Origin: a bacterium
GTDB taxonomy: Bacteria; Bacteroidota; Ignavibacteria; UBA10030
NCBI GenBank assembly: GCA_043803945.1
Contig: JAZDJN010000066.1
Location: 1 to 14,968 of the forward strand
DNA length: 14,968 nucleotides
Direction: 5' to 3'
The notes under the pieces were generated by a model. It did not search any database. It saw only the letters and a list, made by a program, of their open reading frames with translations, and was not told the DNA's origin. A program made the position numbers and the translations under genes. Positions 1 to 10,876 of this stretch are shown here, piece after piece (within the stretch, counting starts at the first letter, position 1; each line of letters begins with the position of its first letter).

Positions 1-6
1 CCCCAT
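1..6 (-). CDS. Probable start of a CDS running off the left edge of the window (product unknown)
   Basis: Minus strand reads AGGGAGG-ACAAGCT-ATG: GGAGG (18-14) lies 7 nt before an ATG at 6-4, co-oriented with the cluster. Only two codons are visible. Confidence 0.45.
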
Positions 7-167
7 AGCTTGTCCTCCCTGACATTGATGGCGTGTTGCTTCAATTTGTGAAACTTGGATGAATAGAACAACATGTGTGAGCATTGAATAGTATTAAAAA
101 CGATTCATCGACTTGTGTTTACCTTTCTTTTTGCCGTCCTATCATTGATGCTTCTCCTCATTTTTCA

Positions 168-252
168 AACCACCCCTTCTCCTCCTGATCTCAGGAGGGG
201 AATTTTTTCTCACATACCCTCTACTTCCCAAGGAGAGGGCGTGGGTATGGTT
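168..252. repeat. REP doublet (REPIN-like), AACCACCCC/CCTCCT type
   Basis: Outer imperfect inverted ends AACCACCCC (168-176) and GGGTATGGTT (243-252). They enclose two hairpins: CCTCCTGA-TC-TCAGGAGG (181-198) and CCCTCT...AGAGGG (217-239). Directly downstream of the epimerase stop. Confidence 0.65.
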
Positions 253-261
253 CAGCTACTT

Positions 262-1461
262 CTACAACGATTCTTCCAACAGCTTCCAGCAGTACCATAG
301 CATGCGAGGGAGATGAAAGGGGCCTTTCCAGAGACTTCCCTTCAAAGTTGTTGAGACCGTTCCATCCCGATGCAGATATCCGTACCACTCGCCATACTTC
401 GGATCGGTAAAATGTTTGAAAGCCCACCGATGCACCATCTGATGCCACTCCGCATACTTCCGGTCGCCGGTCATTTCGTAAGCAAGAAGTGTGGCAATGA
501 TCGCTTCATTATGCGGCCACCAGAATTTCATATCCTGCCAGTACTCCTGCACTGGCAATCCTTTCAAATCGCGGAAATAATAAATGCCACCAAATTTCTT
601 GTCCCAACCCCTCTCCCACATCCAGTCAAGGATGGTAAGCCCGAGTTTTTTCATTGAGGTATCATTCCGGAGCCGTGCTTCATGCAGAATAAACCACGCC
701 GCTTCGATGGAATGTCCGGGATTCAGAATCCTTCCATCGAAATGATCTATCAATTCCCCTTTCGGTCCGACACATTCCATTAACGCTTTCTGTCGTGGTT
801 TTAAAAAGTCCCTTGTGATTTCTTCTACAGCCCGGTCAATCCAGGTACTGCAGGAAGCTCCGTATACTTCGAAATCGCCAACGTTCACCCGCACTTCCTG
901 GGCAGTTGCAATTGTCATCATCAACGGTGACAGGCCTTTCATCGGGCGAACCGCTGGATCTGTTTTCGACTGTATTAATCCTTGCTCACGATTGAACCGC
1001 AAAAAAGTCTCAAATGTTCGAATGGCATCGCTCACTGCTTCCGTTTCTCCGGTTGCCTTCGCCCAGGCGGCAAACGCAATTGCAGCAAAGCACTCGCTGA
1101 AAACGTACCGCCGCATCCGCAATGGAAATCCTTCGCGCGTAACCGTGAAGTACATTTTCCCATTGGGATCGAAACAGTGGGATCGCATGAAGGAGATCGT
1201 TCTCCCGGCAGCATTCAACCAGGCAGGCCGTTTTGCCACGGTATTATAGAGCGTGGCAAACATCCAGGCTCCTCGTCCCTGGAACCAGGTCGACTTGTCG
1301 GTATCGACGATCGCACCATCCCGGTCAAGCGAGGTGATAAAGCCGCCATACTGACGGTCAAGGCCATGCTTCAGCCAGAAGGGGAGAACATCGTGCAGCA
1401 GTGCAGTCTTATAGTAATTCGCGAGCTTTGCTTTTTGTGTTGGTGAATATCCAGCCTTCAT
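262..1461 (-). CDS. AGE family N-acylglucosamine 2-epimerase
   Basis: Motifs VLPFWLKHGLD..YGGF, DTDKSTWFQGR, NPGHSIEAAWF, MKFWWPHNE, GEWYGYL and KGPFHLPR are typical of GlcNAc 2-epimerases. The ATG at 1461 is preferred over the TTG at 1500. Confidence 0.9.
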   Translation of the reverse strand: MKAGYSPTQKAKLANYYKTALLHDVLPFWLKHGLDRQYGGFITSLDRDGAIVDTDKSTWFQGRGAWMFATLYNTVAKRPAWLNAAGRTISFMRSHCFDPNGKMYFTVTREGFPLRMRRYVFSECFAAIAFAAWAKATGETEAVSDAIRTFETFLRFNREQGLIQSKTDPAVRPMKGLSPLMMTIATAQEVRVNVGDFEVYGASCSTWIDRAVEEITRDFLKPRQKALMECVGPKGELIDHFDGRILNPGHSIEAAWFILHEARLRNDTSMKKLGLTILDWMWERGWDKKFGGIYYFRDLKGLPVQEYWQDMKFWWPHNEAIIATLLAYEMTGDRKYAEWHQMVHRWAFKHFTDPKYGEWYGYLHRDGTVSTTLKGSLWKGPFHLPRMLWYCWKLLEESL

Positions 1462-1509
1462 TTTTTTTCCGATCAATAGAGTCTTGAATTGGAATTGCAA
1501 ATTTTGTAC

Positions 1510-2637
1510 TTAGTCTCGTACATTTTTTTCTTCTGGAAAATAGTCAAATGGCACGAGGTCAGCTATTCTCAACTTGAACCAACGGCCATAGACGATGATG
1601 CCAAGATGAGACATTATTTCTCCATTCTTATTAATAATGAATGTCCCATCCTTTAATGCAAAGAAACATGTAAGATCCGACATCCTCAGGATATATGATC
1701 CAGGAGGTTCATCGTAGTCGACACGAACCGGTAACATCTGAGATAATTGACAGTACAGACTATCACGGAAGTATACCAATTTCAAGCTATCCTCATAGAG
1801 TCGAATGCCGCGGCCGGATGCCAGATGTTCAACTGTGGCGCCAGTTGCGAGATAAAACTTATTCTCTTCGAGTCCCCTTTCAAAAAGGAATTTCAGAAAG
1901 TGCCTGAGCGATCCTGTGTATGCTTCACGCCGCCTGAGACGATGCGATTGTTTTTCAGTTTGATTCTTTGCCTTGATCTCTTGAAATCGTACCATAACAT
2001 CGTACGTTACCCGACCATCATTCAATCCATATCGGCATACCTCGATCTCCGCAAAAAGCTTATAGCCCAATCGGAAATTCTCGATGATAATGATGCTGTC
2101 TGAGGATGCTATAAGTTCGTTGGTGCTTGAGTCGACTTTCAGATCAACAACTTCAGGATTCAGAACTTTGCTTGCCTGAGCGTTTTCGCTCGTTCCAATA
2201 AATTGTTTTAGAAATACTGGAAGTAGTCGCTTCCACTCTGCTGCATCGCCTCCAATAATTTCCCTCTCACCGATGATGATCTGTTTTGGTTTCAATTGAA
2301 CATTCGTTTCAAGCATCGTTGTACTCTGGAGAGAAACAGCCCTGGATTGCCGTTCGAATCCGACAAGACTTATGATAAGAGTGTACTCGCCAGGTGGAAT
2401 CCGATCAATCATAAATGTTCCATCCGGCTTTGACGAAGTGCCGATTGTTGTGTTGTTGAGATAGACAATCGCATTCGGTAACGCTTCCCCCGTTTCCGAG
2501 CTCGTAACTCTGCCCTTAATGATCCTGTCCCCGCTCCGCTGTTGACCCCTAATGTCTTGAATGAAAAGAACCAGAAAAAAGATGATGAGCACAGTAGAAA
2601 GACTTCTTACCAACACGTTAATTTCCAGATATTTCAT
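1510..2637 (-). CDS. Secreted or membrane-anchored carboxypeptidase-like regulatory domain protein
   Basis: Hydrophobic N-terminus, then IKGRVTSSETGEALPNAIVYL...GTSSKPDGTF...GEYTLIISLVGFE (CarboxypepD_reg-like). The C-terminal part has no recognisable TonB barrel. The ATG at 2637 is preferred because the 2745 start lies inside a palindromic repeat. Confidence 0.75.
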   Translation of the reverse strand: MKYLEINVLVRSLSTVLIIFFLVLFIQDIRGQQRSGDRIIKGRVTSSETGEALPNAIVYLNNTTIGTSSKPDGTFMIDRIPPGEYTLIISLVGFERQSRAVSLQSTTMLETNVQLKPKQIIIGEREIIGGDAAEWKRLLPVFLKQFIGTSENAQASKVLNPEVVDLKVDSSTNELIASSDSIIIIENFRLGYKLFAEIEVCRYGLNDGRVTYDVMVRFQEIKAKNQTEKQSHRLRRREAYTGSLRHFLKFLFERGLEENKFYLATGATVEHLASGRGIRLYEDSLKLVYFRDSLYCQLSQMLPVRVDYDEPPGSYILRMSDLTCFFALKDGTFIINKNGEIMSHLGIIVYGRWFKLRIADLVPFDYFPEEKNVRD

Positions 2638-2664
2638 GGGGTGATATGGTTTTTGTCGATACTG

Positions 2665-2803
2665 TTCTCGTTCCACAACTCCGTTGTGGAACGTTATATT
2701 GTAAGCTCTGCTTACGATGTTAGAAGCCGTGCTGAAGTTGCTCATATTGTTGAAAAGCAGAGATTCCCAAATGGCGCTCCCAAACGGAGTTTGGGAGCGA
2801 GAA
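2665..2803. repeat. REPIN/MITE-like element: two inverted 29-bp REP hairpins
   Basis: Left TTCTCGTTCCACAACTCCGTTGTGGAACG (2665-2693); right CGCTCCCAAACGGAGTTTGGGAGCGAGAA (2775-2803). Each is a perfect 11-bp stem with a 3-nt loop. There is also an inner hairpin GTAAGC-TCT-GCTTAC (2701-2715). Confidence 0.85.
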
Positions 2804-2839
2804 GAAATGCTTTCTCGTTATCAGTACATCAAGATACGC

Positions 2840-6031
<3,192 letters not shown>

Positions 6032-6033
6032 TC

Positions 6034-6131
6034 ATCTAACCGTTCGCGATATTAAGAAGTCCGTCTTTTTACAAAGATTAACCACAGGTAAAAGACGGAC
6101 TTCTACACATTCATCGAGTAAACGGTTGGAT
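6034..6131. repeat. Long (98-bp) RAYT-associated hairpin repeat, copy L1
   Basis: Outer arms ATCTAACCGTT / AACGGTTGGAT. Inner perfect 15-bp stem AGAAGTCCGTCTTTT (6055-6069) / AAAAGACGGACTTCT (6090-6104). Direct repeat of 7236-7333, 84/98 identical by hand alignment. Confidence 0.92.
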
Positions 6132-6157
6132 GGTTGTTCATTTGAAGAATAGTTTTT

Positions 6158-7213
6158 TTACTTAGCCGCCTTCGATCCTTCGACGCTACTTTCACCTGCA
6201 ACCATAGATTGCTTAAAACCGGATGCACCTTCGATCGCCCTGAGCGCCATCTCCTGTACCTGTTTCGTTGCGAGCTGGAGCTGTTTCGAAAGATCGGTTA
6301 GTTGCACTTGCTGTTTGGAAACAATCTGTTCGAGGTTGGCTATTTTAAGCTCATTAACACGCTTCTCCGCGTCAGTATCTTTTGCATCAAGCTTTGCTTG
6401 CATTTCATATTGTTGTTTCATTGACGATCGGATGGTAGCCTCTGCTTTTCTAACAGCCTCTTCCAGCTCTGCCGGGAATCGCTCGGCCTTCTTTCGCAAG
6501 TCAGCGACCTCCGCTTCCTGCGCAGCCAATATCTTTGTTCTCTCTACTATATCCTGATCAGCGTTCTTTTTCTCTTCGAGAAGCTGTTGTTGAAGCTCCG
6601 TCTTTCGAGTTTCATAGTCAGCCGTTTCCTTCCGGCGTTCGACCGAAAGTTTGTACTTATACTCGTCTTCATCTCGTTCGCGCTGTTTCTTGACAAAAAG
6701 ATCGCGCTCTTTGATCGCGTTCTCATGATCCTGTTGCTCTTTCTTCCATTCTTCCCGGCGATGTGAGACCTCCATATCGAACGCTTGCTGTTTCTCTGCC
6801 ATCTCTTTTTCAAATGCAGCCTTGCGTTCAGCTTGTGCGTCGAGAAGCGCTGTCAGGGTATTGACATTATACTCGATATCATGAAGTTGTTTGAGCCTGG
6901 TAGATTCAAATGAGATGGCCGTACGAAGCTCTGAAAGTTTGCCTGCTTCTGCAGTCAATTTCTGTCCGAGTTCATTGAGCGCTTTGCTCACTCCGACCTG
7001 GAGTTCCGCCAAATTCCGAATGATGCTGTCAACGGTATAAGCTGAAGCTTGCTCATCGCTTCGCTCAACCGGTTCCTTTTCTGCTTCCTGTTGACCTCCA
7101 GACGACAATTGCTCAATTTTTACAAGAGCGTCTTGATAAGCCTTTAACAGATCGGTGCGCGTTGTTCTTGCGGTCACCTTCGGTAAAGCAGAACTACGTG
7201 TTTCTTTTTCCAT
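6158..7213 (-). CDS. Hypothetical long coiled-coil protein (351 aa)
   Basis: E/K/Q/A/L-rich heptad pattern over most of its length, no signal peptide or TM segment, strong RBS (AAAGGAG) before the ATG. Confidence 0.85.
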   Translation of the reverse strand: MEKETRSSALPKVTARTTRTDLLKAYQDALVKIEQLSSGGQQEAEKEPVERSDEQASAYTVDSIIRNLAELQVGVSKALNELGQKLTAEAGKLSELRTAISFESTRLKQLHDIEYNVNTLTALLDAQAERKAAFEKEMAEKQQAFDMEVSHRREEWKKEQQDHENAIKERDLFVKKQRERDEDEYKYKLSVERRKETADYETRKTELQQQLLEEKKNADQDIVERTKILAAQEAEVADLRKKAERFPAELEEAVRKAEATIRSSMKQQYEMQAKLDAKDTDAEKRVNELKIANLEQIVSKQQVQLTDLSKQLQLATKQVQEMALRAIEGASGFKQSMVAGESSVEGSKAAK

Positions 7214-7235
7214 AATGTACTCCTTTCTTTTTATG

Positions 7236-7333
7236 ACCTAACCATCTGCTCTATTAAGAAGTCCGTCTTTTTACAGAGGTTAATCACAGGCAAAAGACGG
7301 ACTTCTACACATTCATCGAGCGATCGGTTAGAT
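7236..7333. repeat. Long (98-bp) RAYT-associated hairpin repeat, copy L2
   Basis: ACCTAACC...GGTTAGAT outer arms with the same 15-bp inner stem as L1. It begins 5 nt after the RAYT stop codon. Confidence 0.92.
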
Positions 7334-7338
7334 ATGTT

Positions 7339-7911
7339 TTAAAATAAATACTTCTTGATTTTTTCCCTCTCTTCAGGTTTATACTCTTTAATATATCGTT
7401 CATAATCCGAAAAAGAGCCAATCTGATTTAAAACAAAATCACTTGTTACAAAACTAAAATTCCTCAAGCCATAATATTCTTTGCAGCTGCTATAGGGCCA
7501 ATTGACAGCCTTTTCGACCAATCTTGCTCTGACAGGATTCAGATGGATATATCTCGAAAGGTGGAGAAGATATGGTGTATCATCGATATGCTTAATTTTA
7601 TACTTCCCCTCGAAGAGATGTCCCGTTCGATGATATGCAATATTTATTGCTTGCACATATCCCTTACAAACGCTACCGATAAATTTAGAGATGGCTTTTG
7701 GAATTATCTGATGAATGATCAAGTGGTAATGATTTGGCATTAAGCAATATGCAAGGAGTTTGAATGAGTATGGATCATTATACTTCTCAAATTGCTGCTC
7801 AAAGAATAAATAATTTCTCTCTTCAATGAAGATTTTTTCTCTGCTCACGCCTCTGTTATATACATGGAAGGATTCATTTGAAGATTCGATATAATTAGTT
7901 TTGATAGACAT
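7339..7911 (-). CDS. rayT: REP-associated tyrosine transposase (RAYT/TnpA-REP; IS200-like Y1 HUH nuclease)
   Basis: FHVYNRG...IF, AYCLMPNHYHL (HUH), GHLFEGKY, YIHLNPVRA (catalytic Tyr), WPYSS. 190 aa, visibly AT-richer than its neighbours, flanked on both sides by hairpin repeats. Confidence 0.92.
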   Translation of the reverse strand: MSIKTNYIESSNESFHVYNRGVSREKIFIEERNYLFFEQQFEKYNDPYSFKLLAYCLMPNHYHLIIHQIIPKAISKFIGSVCKGYVQAINIAYHRTGHLFEGKYKIKHIDDTPYLLHLSRYIHLNPVRARLVEKAVNWPYSSCKEYYGLRNFSFVTSDFVLNQIGSFSDYERYIKEYKPEEREKIKKYLF

Positions 7912-7913
7912 TT

Positions 7914-8122
7914 GCCTTGCACGACCTAACCGTTCGCTACAGGCAGAAATCTATATCGAGCGAACGGTTAGATTCCATTTCTCTCCATCAGCCTTGCACG
8001 ACCTAACCGTTCGCTGCAACAAGAACTCCGCATCAAGCGAACGGTTAGTTTACATTCCTTTCAGCCCAGCACGACCTAACCGTTGCTACAACAAATAATC
8101 CGCATCAAGCAAACGGTTAGAC
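7914..8122. repeat. Tandem array of three short (49-50 bp) RAYT-associated hairpins
   Basis: Units GCACG-ACCTAACCGTT(C)GCT-N16-ATCRAGCRAACGGTTAG with cores at 7924-7973, 8001-8050 and 8074-8122. Periods are 77 and 73 bp. Confidence 0.93.
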
Positions 8123-8131
8123 ACAGTTACA

Positions 8132-10291
8132 TTATTCTATTACGTACCAATTGATTCCATTCGCCTGTACTTTCACCGGTAGTTCGATATTGTATTGACG
8201 ATCGATCTTGTATGGTTTCTTGCCCTCGGCTCGTTCACTTACTTTCGCCTCGGTTGTTAGTCCGGTGTAATATAGTGGAATCTTCAATGTCTTTGAAATC
8301 TCTGTACCGGTGGGATTGAAGATCATCAGCATTCCCTTCTCTTTCAGAGATGGATTCAGATGCATAAACGCATCGAGATCACGTCCATCGGGACGGCGAA
8401 TATGGATAATATCCGAGTTGAGGATCTTCCGATACTTTTTATACCAATCGACCCATTTTTTCACCAATGCCTTTGTACTGTCGGTATCAAAGAGCCGTGG
8501 GCCCCGGTAACATGCCTGTACACCTGCTCCGAAGTTTTGTACTAAATGCGCCTGATATTCTGCAAGATGTTCCGAGAGCGGCTCGATTGTCGCTGCAGCA
8601 CCGCCGCCTTGATATTGAACAAGCGGAACGAATGTCCACCCCATTGAAGGAGTCTTTTGCCATGTGCCATCGTACAGATTCTGCCTGCCAAGCATGATTT
8701 GCCGTTCTCGCGGCAGCGACCAGTTCACCTCGCGATACCCAATCCCCGTTTTATTTGAGCCGTTCAGAAAATACCAGTCTGGTACATTAAGGTACACATT
8801 TCTCTCCCGACACCAATGATAGAACTCCGTGATCTGCCTCCATTGTTTCCATTGTGAATCGTTCAGTCCTTCATGACCCGGATGTTTGGTTGAGGCACAG
8901 AGGTCGCCTGGATAGGATCCGTCATGCTCCAGAATATCAAACCCGGTTTTCTCTATAAAGTTTTTCACCCGTTTGAAGTAGTCGATGCCCCATTCACTTC
9001 CAAGACAGGGTGAGTTACCAAATATGGCTCCGCCCGTCCGGCCGGTTTGCGGATTGATGACATCCTGCTCATCATTAATTCTTCTGCTTGCCAGGAGAGA
9101 ATATCCCCCCATTTCGATTCCTTTGCTATGAGCATAATCCACAAGCTCTTTCATCTTTGTGATGGAGGCCGGATCAGCACTTTCCATATTCAATCCGCTG
9201 CCGAAGCTGAGAATAATCATCTCAAAACCGACATCGACACATTGATCGACGGCTCGCTTGACGATCACAGGGTCAGTTGAGGTGAGATGCAGAAAAATCG
9301 GATTTTCCATAATCCAGGGAGCAATCGCTCGATAGAGTTTTCTGACAGCGAGTCCCTTCCGTTCACGGTCATAGGAGTCGAAAATCAATTCATACGTTCG
9401 GAATGTTTCGAACGTCGCTCCGGGTTGAATATCGACATCAGGTCCGAGGGGCAACCGGCTTTCAAGAATGCAAGGAGTTTTTAATTGATAATTGACCTGG
9501 GAAGTGAACGTGCTGTCGGTTACAAGGAACGTTGTTTTGTTTGAAGTCTTCGGGGTCATGCCGAGAAAAGCATATTCACTCTCGACATGGATGTTGGGTG
9601 GATCCCATTGCGGCGGACTGTCGACGGCAACCTCTGGTTCGATGATGGCCAGAAGTTCGCTGATAAACGAGTTTAGACGTACCGGAGCCTTTCCTCCGTT
9701 CTTCACCGTTAACCATTTGGTAAGAAGCGGTATGCCGTCATAGATTTCATAATGAACAGAAACCGTAATATTTTTCCAGAGTGGATCGGTATGATGAAAT
9801 TCAAGGACAAGCGACTTTCCATGCGGTGGCCAGGGATTTTCGCCTCCCCATCGTTTCCGTGCATAAGGAAAACGAGCGTGTGTTTCTCCAATACTGAACG
9901 ATGTAAATTGAAATGCATGCGAATCGGTAGTGAGTGCATCAAGCCACTCTTCCTTGAGGTATGCCTTCTCGACTTGCCCTTTGAGTCCCCCAACTTCGAT
10001 TCTGCTGCCATTGAGGACAAGAACACCTTCTGGTTGGATTGCCCTGATGATCGCGTCGCCCGTCATCAGGTTTCGATAATCGACCGTTGCTGCATTCGGT
10101 GAAAGTTGTATCCGGCGCGAAATGAGGCCGTTGGTGAGTGTTAGGTTCTTTGTGGTTTTAAGAATCTGAGCTTTGTAGGTTCTTGGAGTGAGCAGCCAAT
10201 CACGTGTTGAACTCTGCTGCGTCCATAGACACTCTGTTATAAATGCAAGAAAGAGAAAAGTGGTGATGCTTCTTAAGGTTCTCCGATACAT
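8132..10291 (-). CDS. Secreted alpha-galactosidase-like glycoside hydrolase (GH27/GH36 clan-like TIM barrel)
   Basis: Signal peptide from the ATG at 10291 (GGAG upstream). N-terminal beta-rich region (VSVHYEIYDG), then GFEMIILSFGSG, GFDILEHDGSYPGD, YLNVPDWY. Substrate is inferred by family resemblance only. Confidence 0.7.
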   Translation of the reverse strand: MYRRTLRSITTFLFLAFITECLWTQQSSTRDWLLTPRTYKAQILKTTKNLTLTNGLISRRIQLSPNAATVDYRNLMTGDAIIRAIQPEGVLVLNGSRIEVGGLKGQVEKAYLKEEWLDALTTDSHAFQFTSFSIGETHARFPYARKRWGGENPWPPHGKSLVLEFHHTDPLWKNITVSVHYEIYDGIPLLTKWLTVKNGGKAPVRLNSFISELLAIIEPEVAVDSPPQWDPPNIHVESEYAFLGMTPKTSNKTTFLVTDSTFTSQVNYQLKTPCILESRLPLGPDVDIQPGATFETFRTYELIFDSYDRERKGLAVRKLYRAIAPWIMENPIFLHLTSTDPVIVKRAVDQCVDVGFEMIILSFGSGLNMESADPASITKMKELVDYAHSKGIEMGGYSLLASRRINDEQDVINPQTGRTGGAIFGNSPCLGSEWGIDYFKRVKNFIEKTGFDILEHDGSYPGDLCASTKHPGHEGLNDSQWKQWRQITEFYHWCRERNVYLNVPDWYFLNGSNKTGIGYREVNWSLPRERQIMLGRQNLYDGTWQKTPSMGWTFVPLVQYQGGGAAATIEPLSEHLAEYQAHLVQNFGAGVQACYRGPRLFDTDSTKALVKKWVDWYKKYRKILNSDIIHIRRPDGRDLDAFMHLNPSLKEKGMLMIFNPTGTEISKTLKIPLYYTGLTTEAKVSERAEGKKPYKIDRQYNIELPVKVQANGINWYVIE

Positions 10292-10461
10292 ACCGATACT
10301 CCGTTCAGATTCAAGTGTGAACCCCGGTAATCCACGCGGCACAATGTGCTGCGTAAGGCAGTTTCTACCGTTTTAGCATGCCCAAGGACAATGTTGTCTT
10401 ATTTCGTGAAGGAAAGTAACCGAGATTGGAATGAAAGGCAAGAAGTGCCGCAGGCAATAAT

Positions 10462-10772
10462 TACAGAGCCCGGTTTAGTCGGAACCGCCGACAGCGGTGT
10501 AATCATAAACGCACCGGTTTCCGTTTGCCACCAGGTATCCATAATCGGGCAGCGTTCTTTTCCGACATTCTTGTGGAACCATCGCCATGCCTCAGGATTA
10601 ATCGGTTCACCGACTCTTCCCAAAAGACGAAGTGCACGGCGCCAACTTTCGCACATGCGAGCATTGCGACAACAGTCTCCGGAATTCTCGGCATATAGAT
10701 CGTTACCCGATCTCCTTTGCTGATACCTATGCTCCTGAGTACGATTGAGAATTTGCATACTTCACGGTTCAA
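10462..10772 (-). pseudogene. acs: Acetyl-CoA synthetase remnant with a large internal deletion and frameshift
   Basis: LNREVCKF...[31 protein letters not shown] (10772-10632) directly abuts, in another frame, [19 protein letters not shown]...[20 protein letters not shown]...KPGS (10632-10465). These segments lie about 220 aa apart in intact Acs. Confidence 0.92.
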
Positions 10773-10876
10773 TGTCATTCCGTGATGCTTCAACACGCCT
10801 GCCCGACTTGCTTGCACGCCAAGGTGGGCCTGTTACTTGCCTGCCGGTAGGTATGGCAGGCAGGCGGGGAATCCAG
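10773..10876. repeat. GTCATTCC...GGAATCCA-type REP interrupted by a GCCTGCC/GGCAGGC palindromic insert
   Basis: TGTCATTCCGTG-ATGCTTCAA-CAC [insert] GGAATCCAG. The insert is bounded by CGCCTGCC (10796-10803) and GGCAGGCG (10859-10866) and has an inner hairpin TGCCTGCC-N9-GGCAGGCA (10838-10862). Confidence 0.7.

Noticed and set aside
115-300. 61-aa plus-strand ORF with hydrophobic start
   Set aside because: It runs through a REP doublet and overlaps the epimerase end, with a GTG start and no RBS.
6055-6104. Inner 15-bp stem as an intrinsic terminator
   Set aside because: It has a 20-nt loop and no U-tract after the stem on either strand; better explained as part of the repeat.
7339-7911. Ordinary IS200/IS605 insertion sequence
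   Set aside because: No tnpB, the NPV/WPYSS motifs are RAYT-type, and there are multiple flanking REP-like hairpins.
7914-8122. CRISPR array
   Set aside because: The variable parts are short and related to each other, the units are long hairpins, there are no cas genes, and the adjacent gene is a RAYT.
6034-8122. Bona fide integron/CALIN as a feature call
   Set aside because: No integrase, short units under normal attC size, no L-box or unpaired-spacer architecture, and the coiled-coil unit's R'' matches its own R' better than the upstream one. Kept only as a finding.
10441-10461. IIACGTS resembling the GlmS SIS-domain motif fused after the acs fragment
   Set aside because: Only 7 residues with no continuing similarity; could be chance.
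10399-10817. Two functional small proteins or a programmed-frameshift acs
   Set aside because: Most of Acs is missing, there is no slippery site, and the ORF starts are out-of-frame or repeat-derived.
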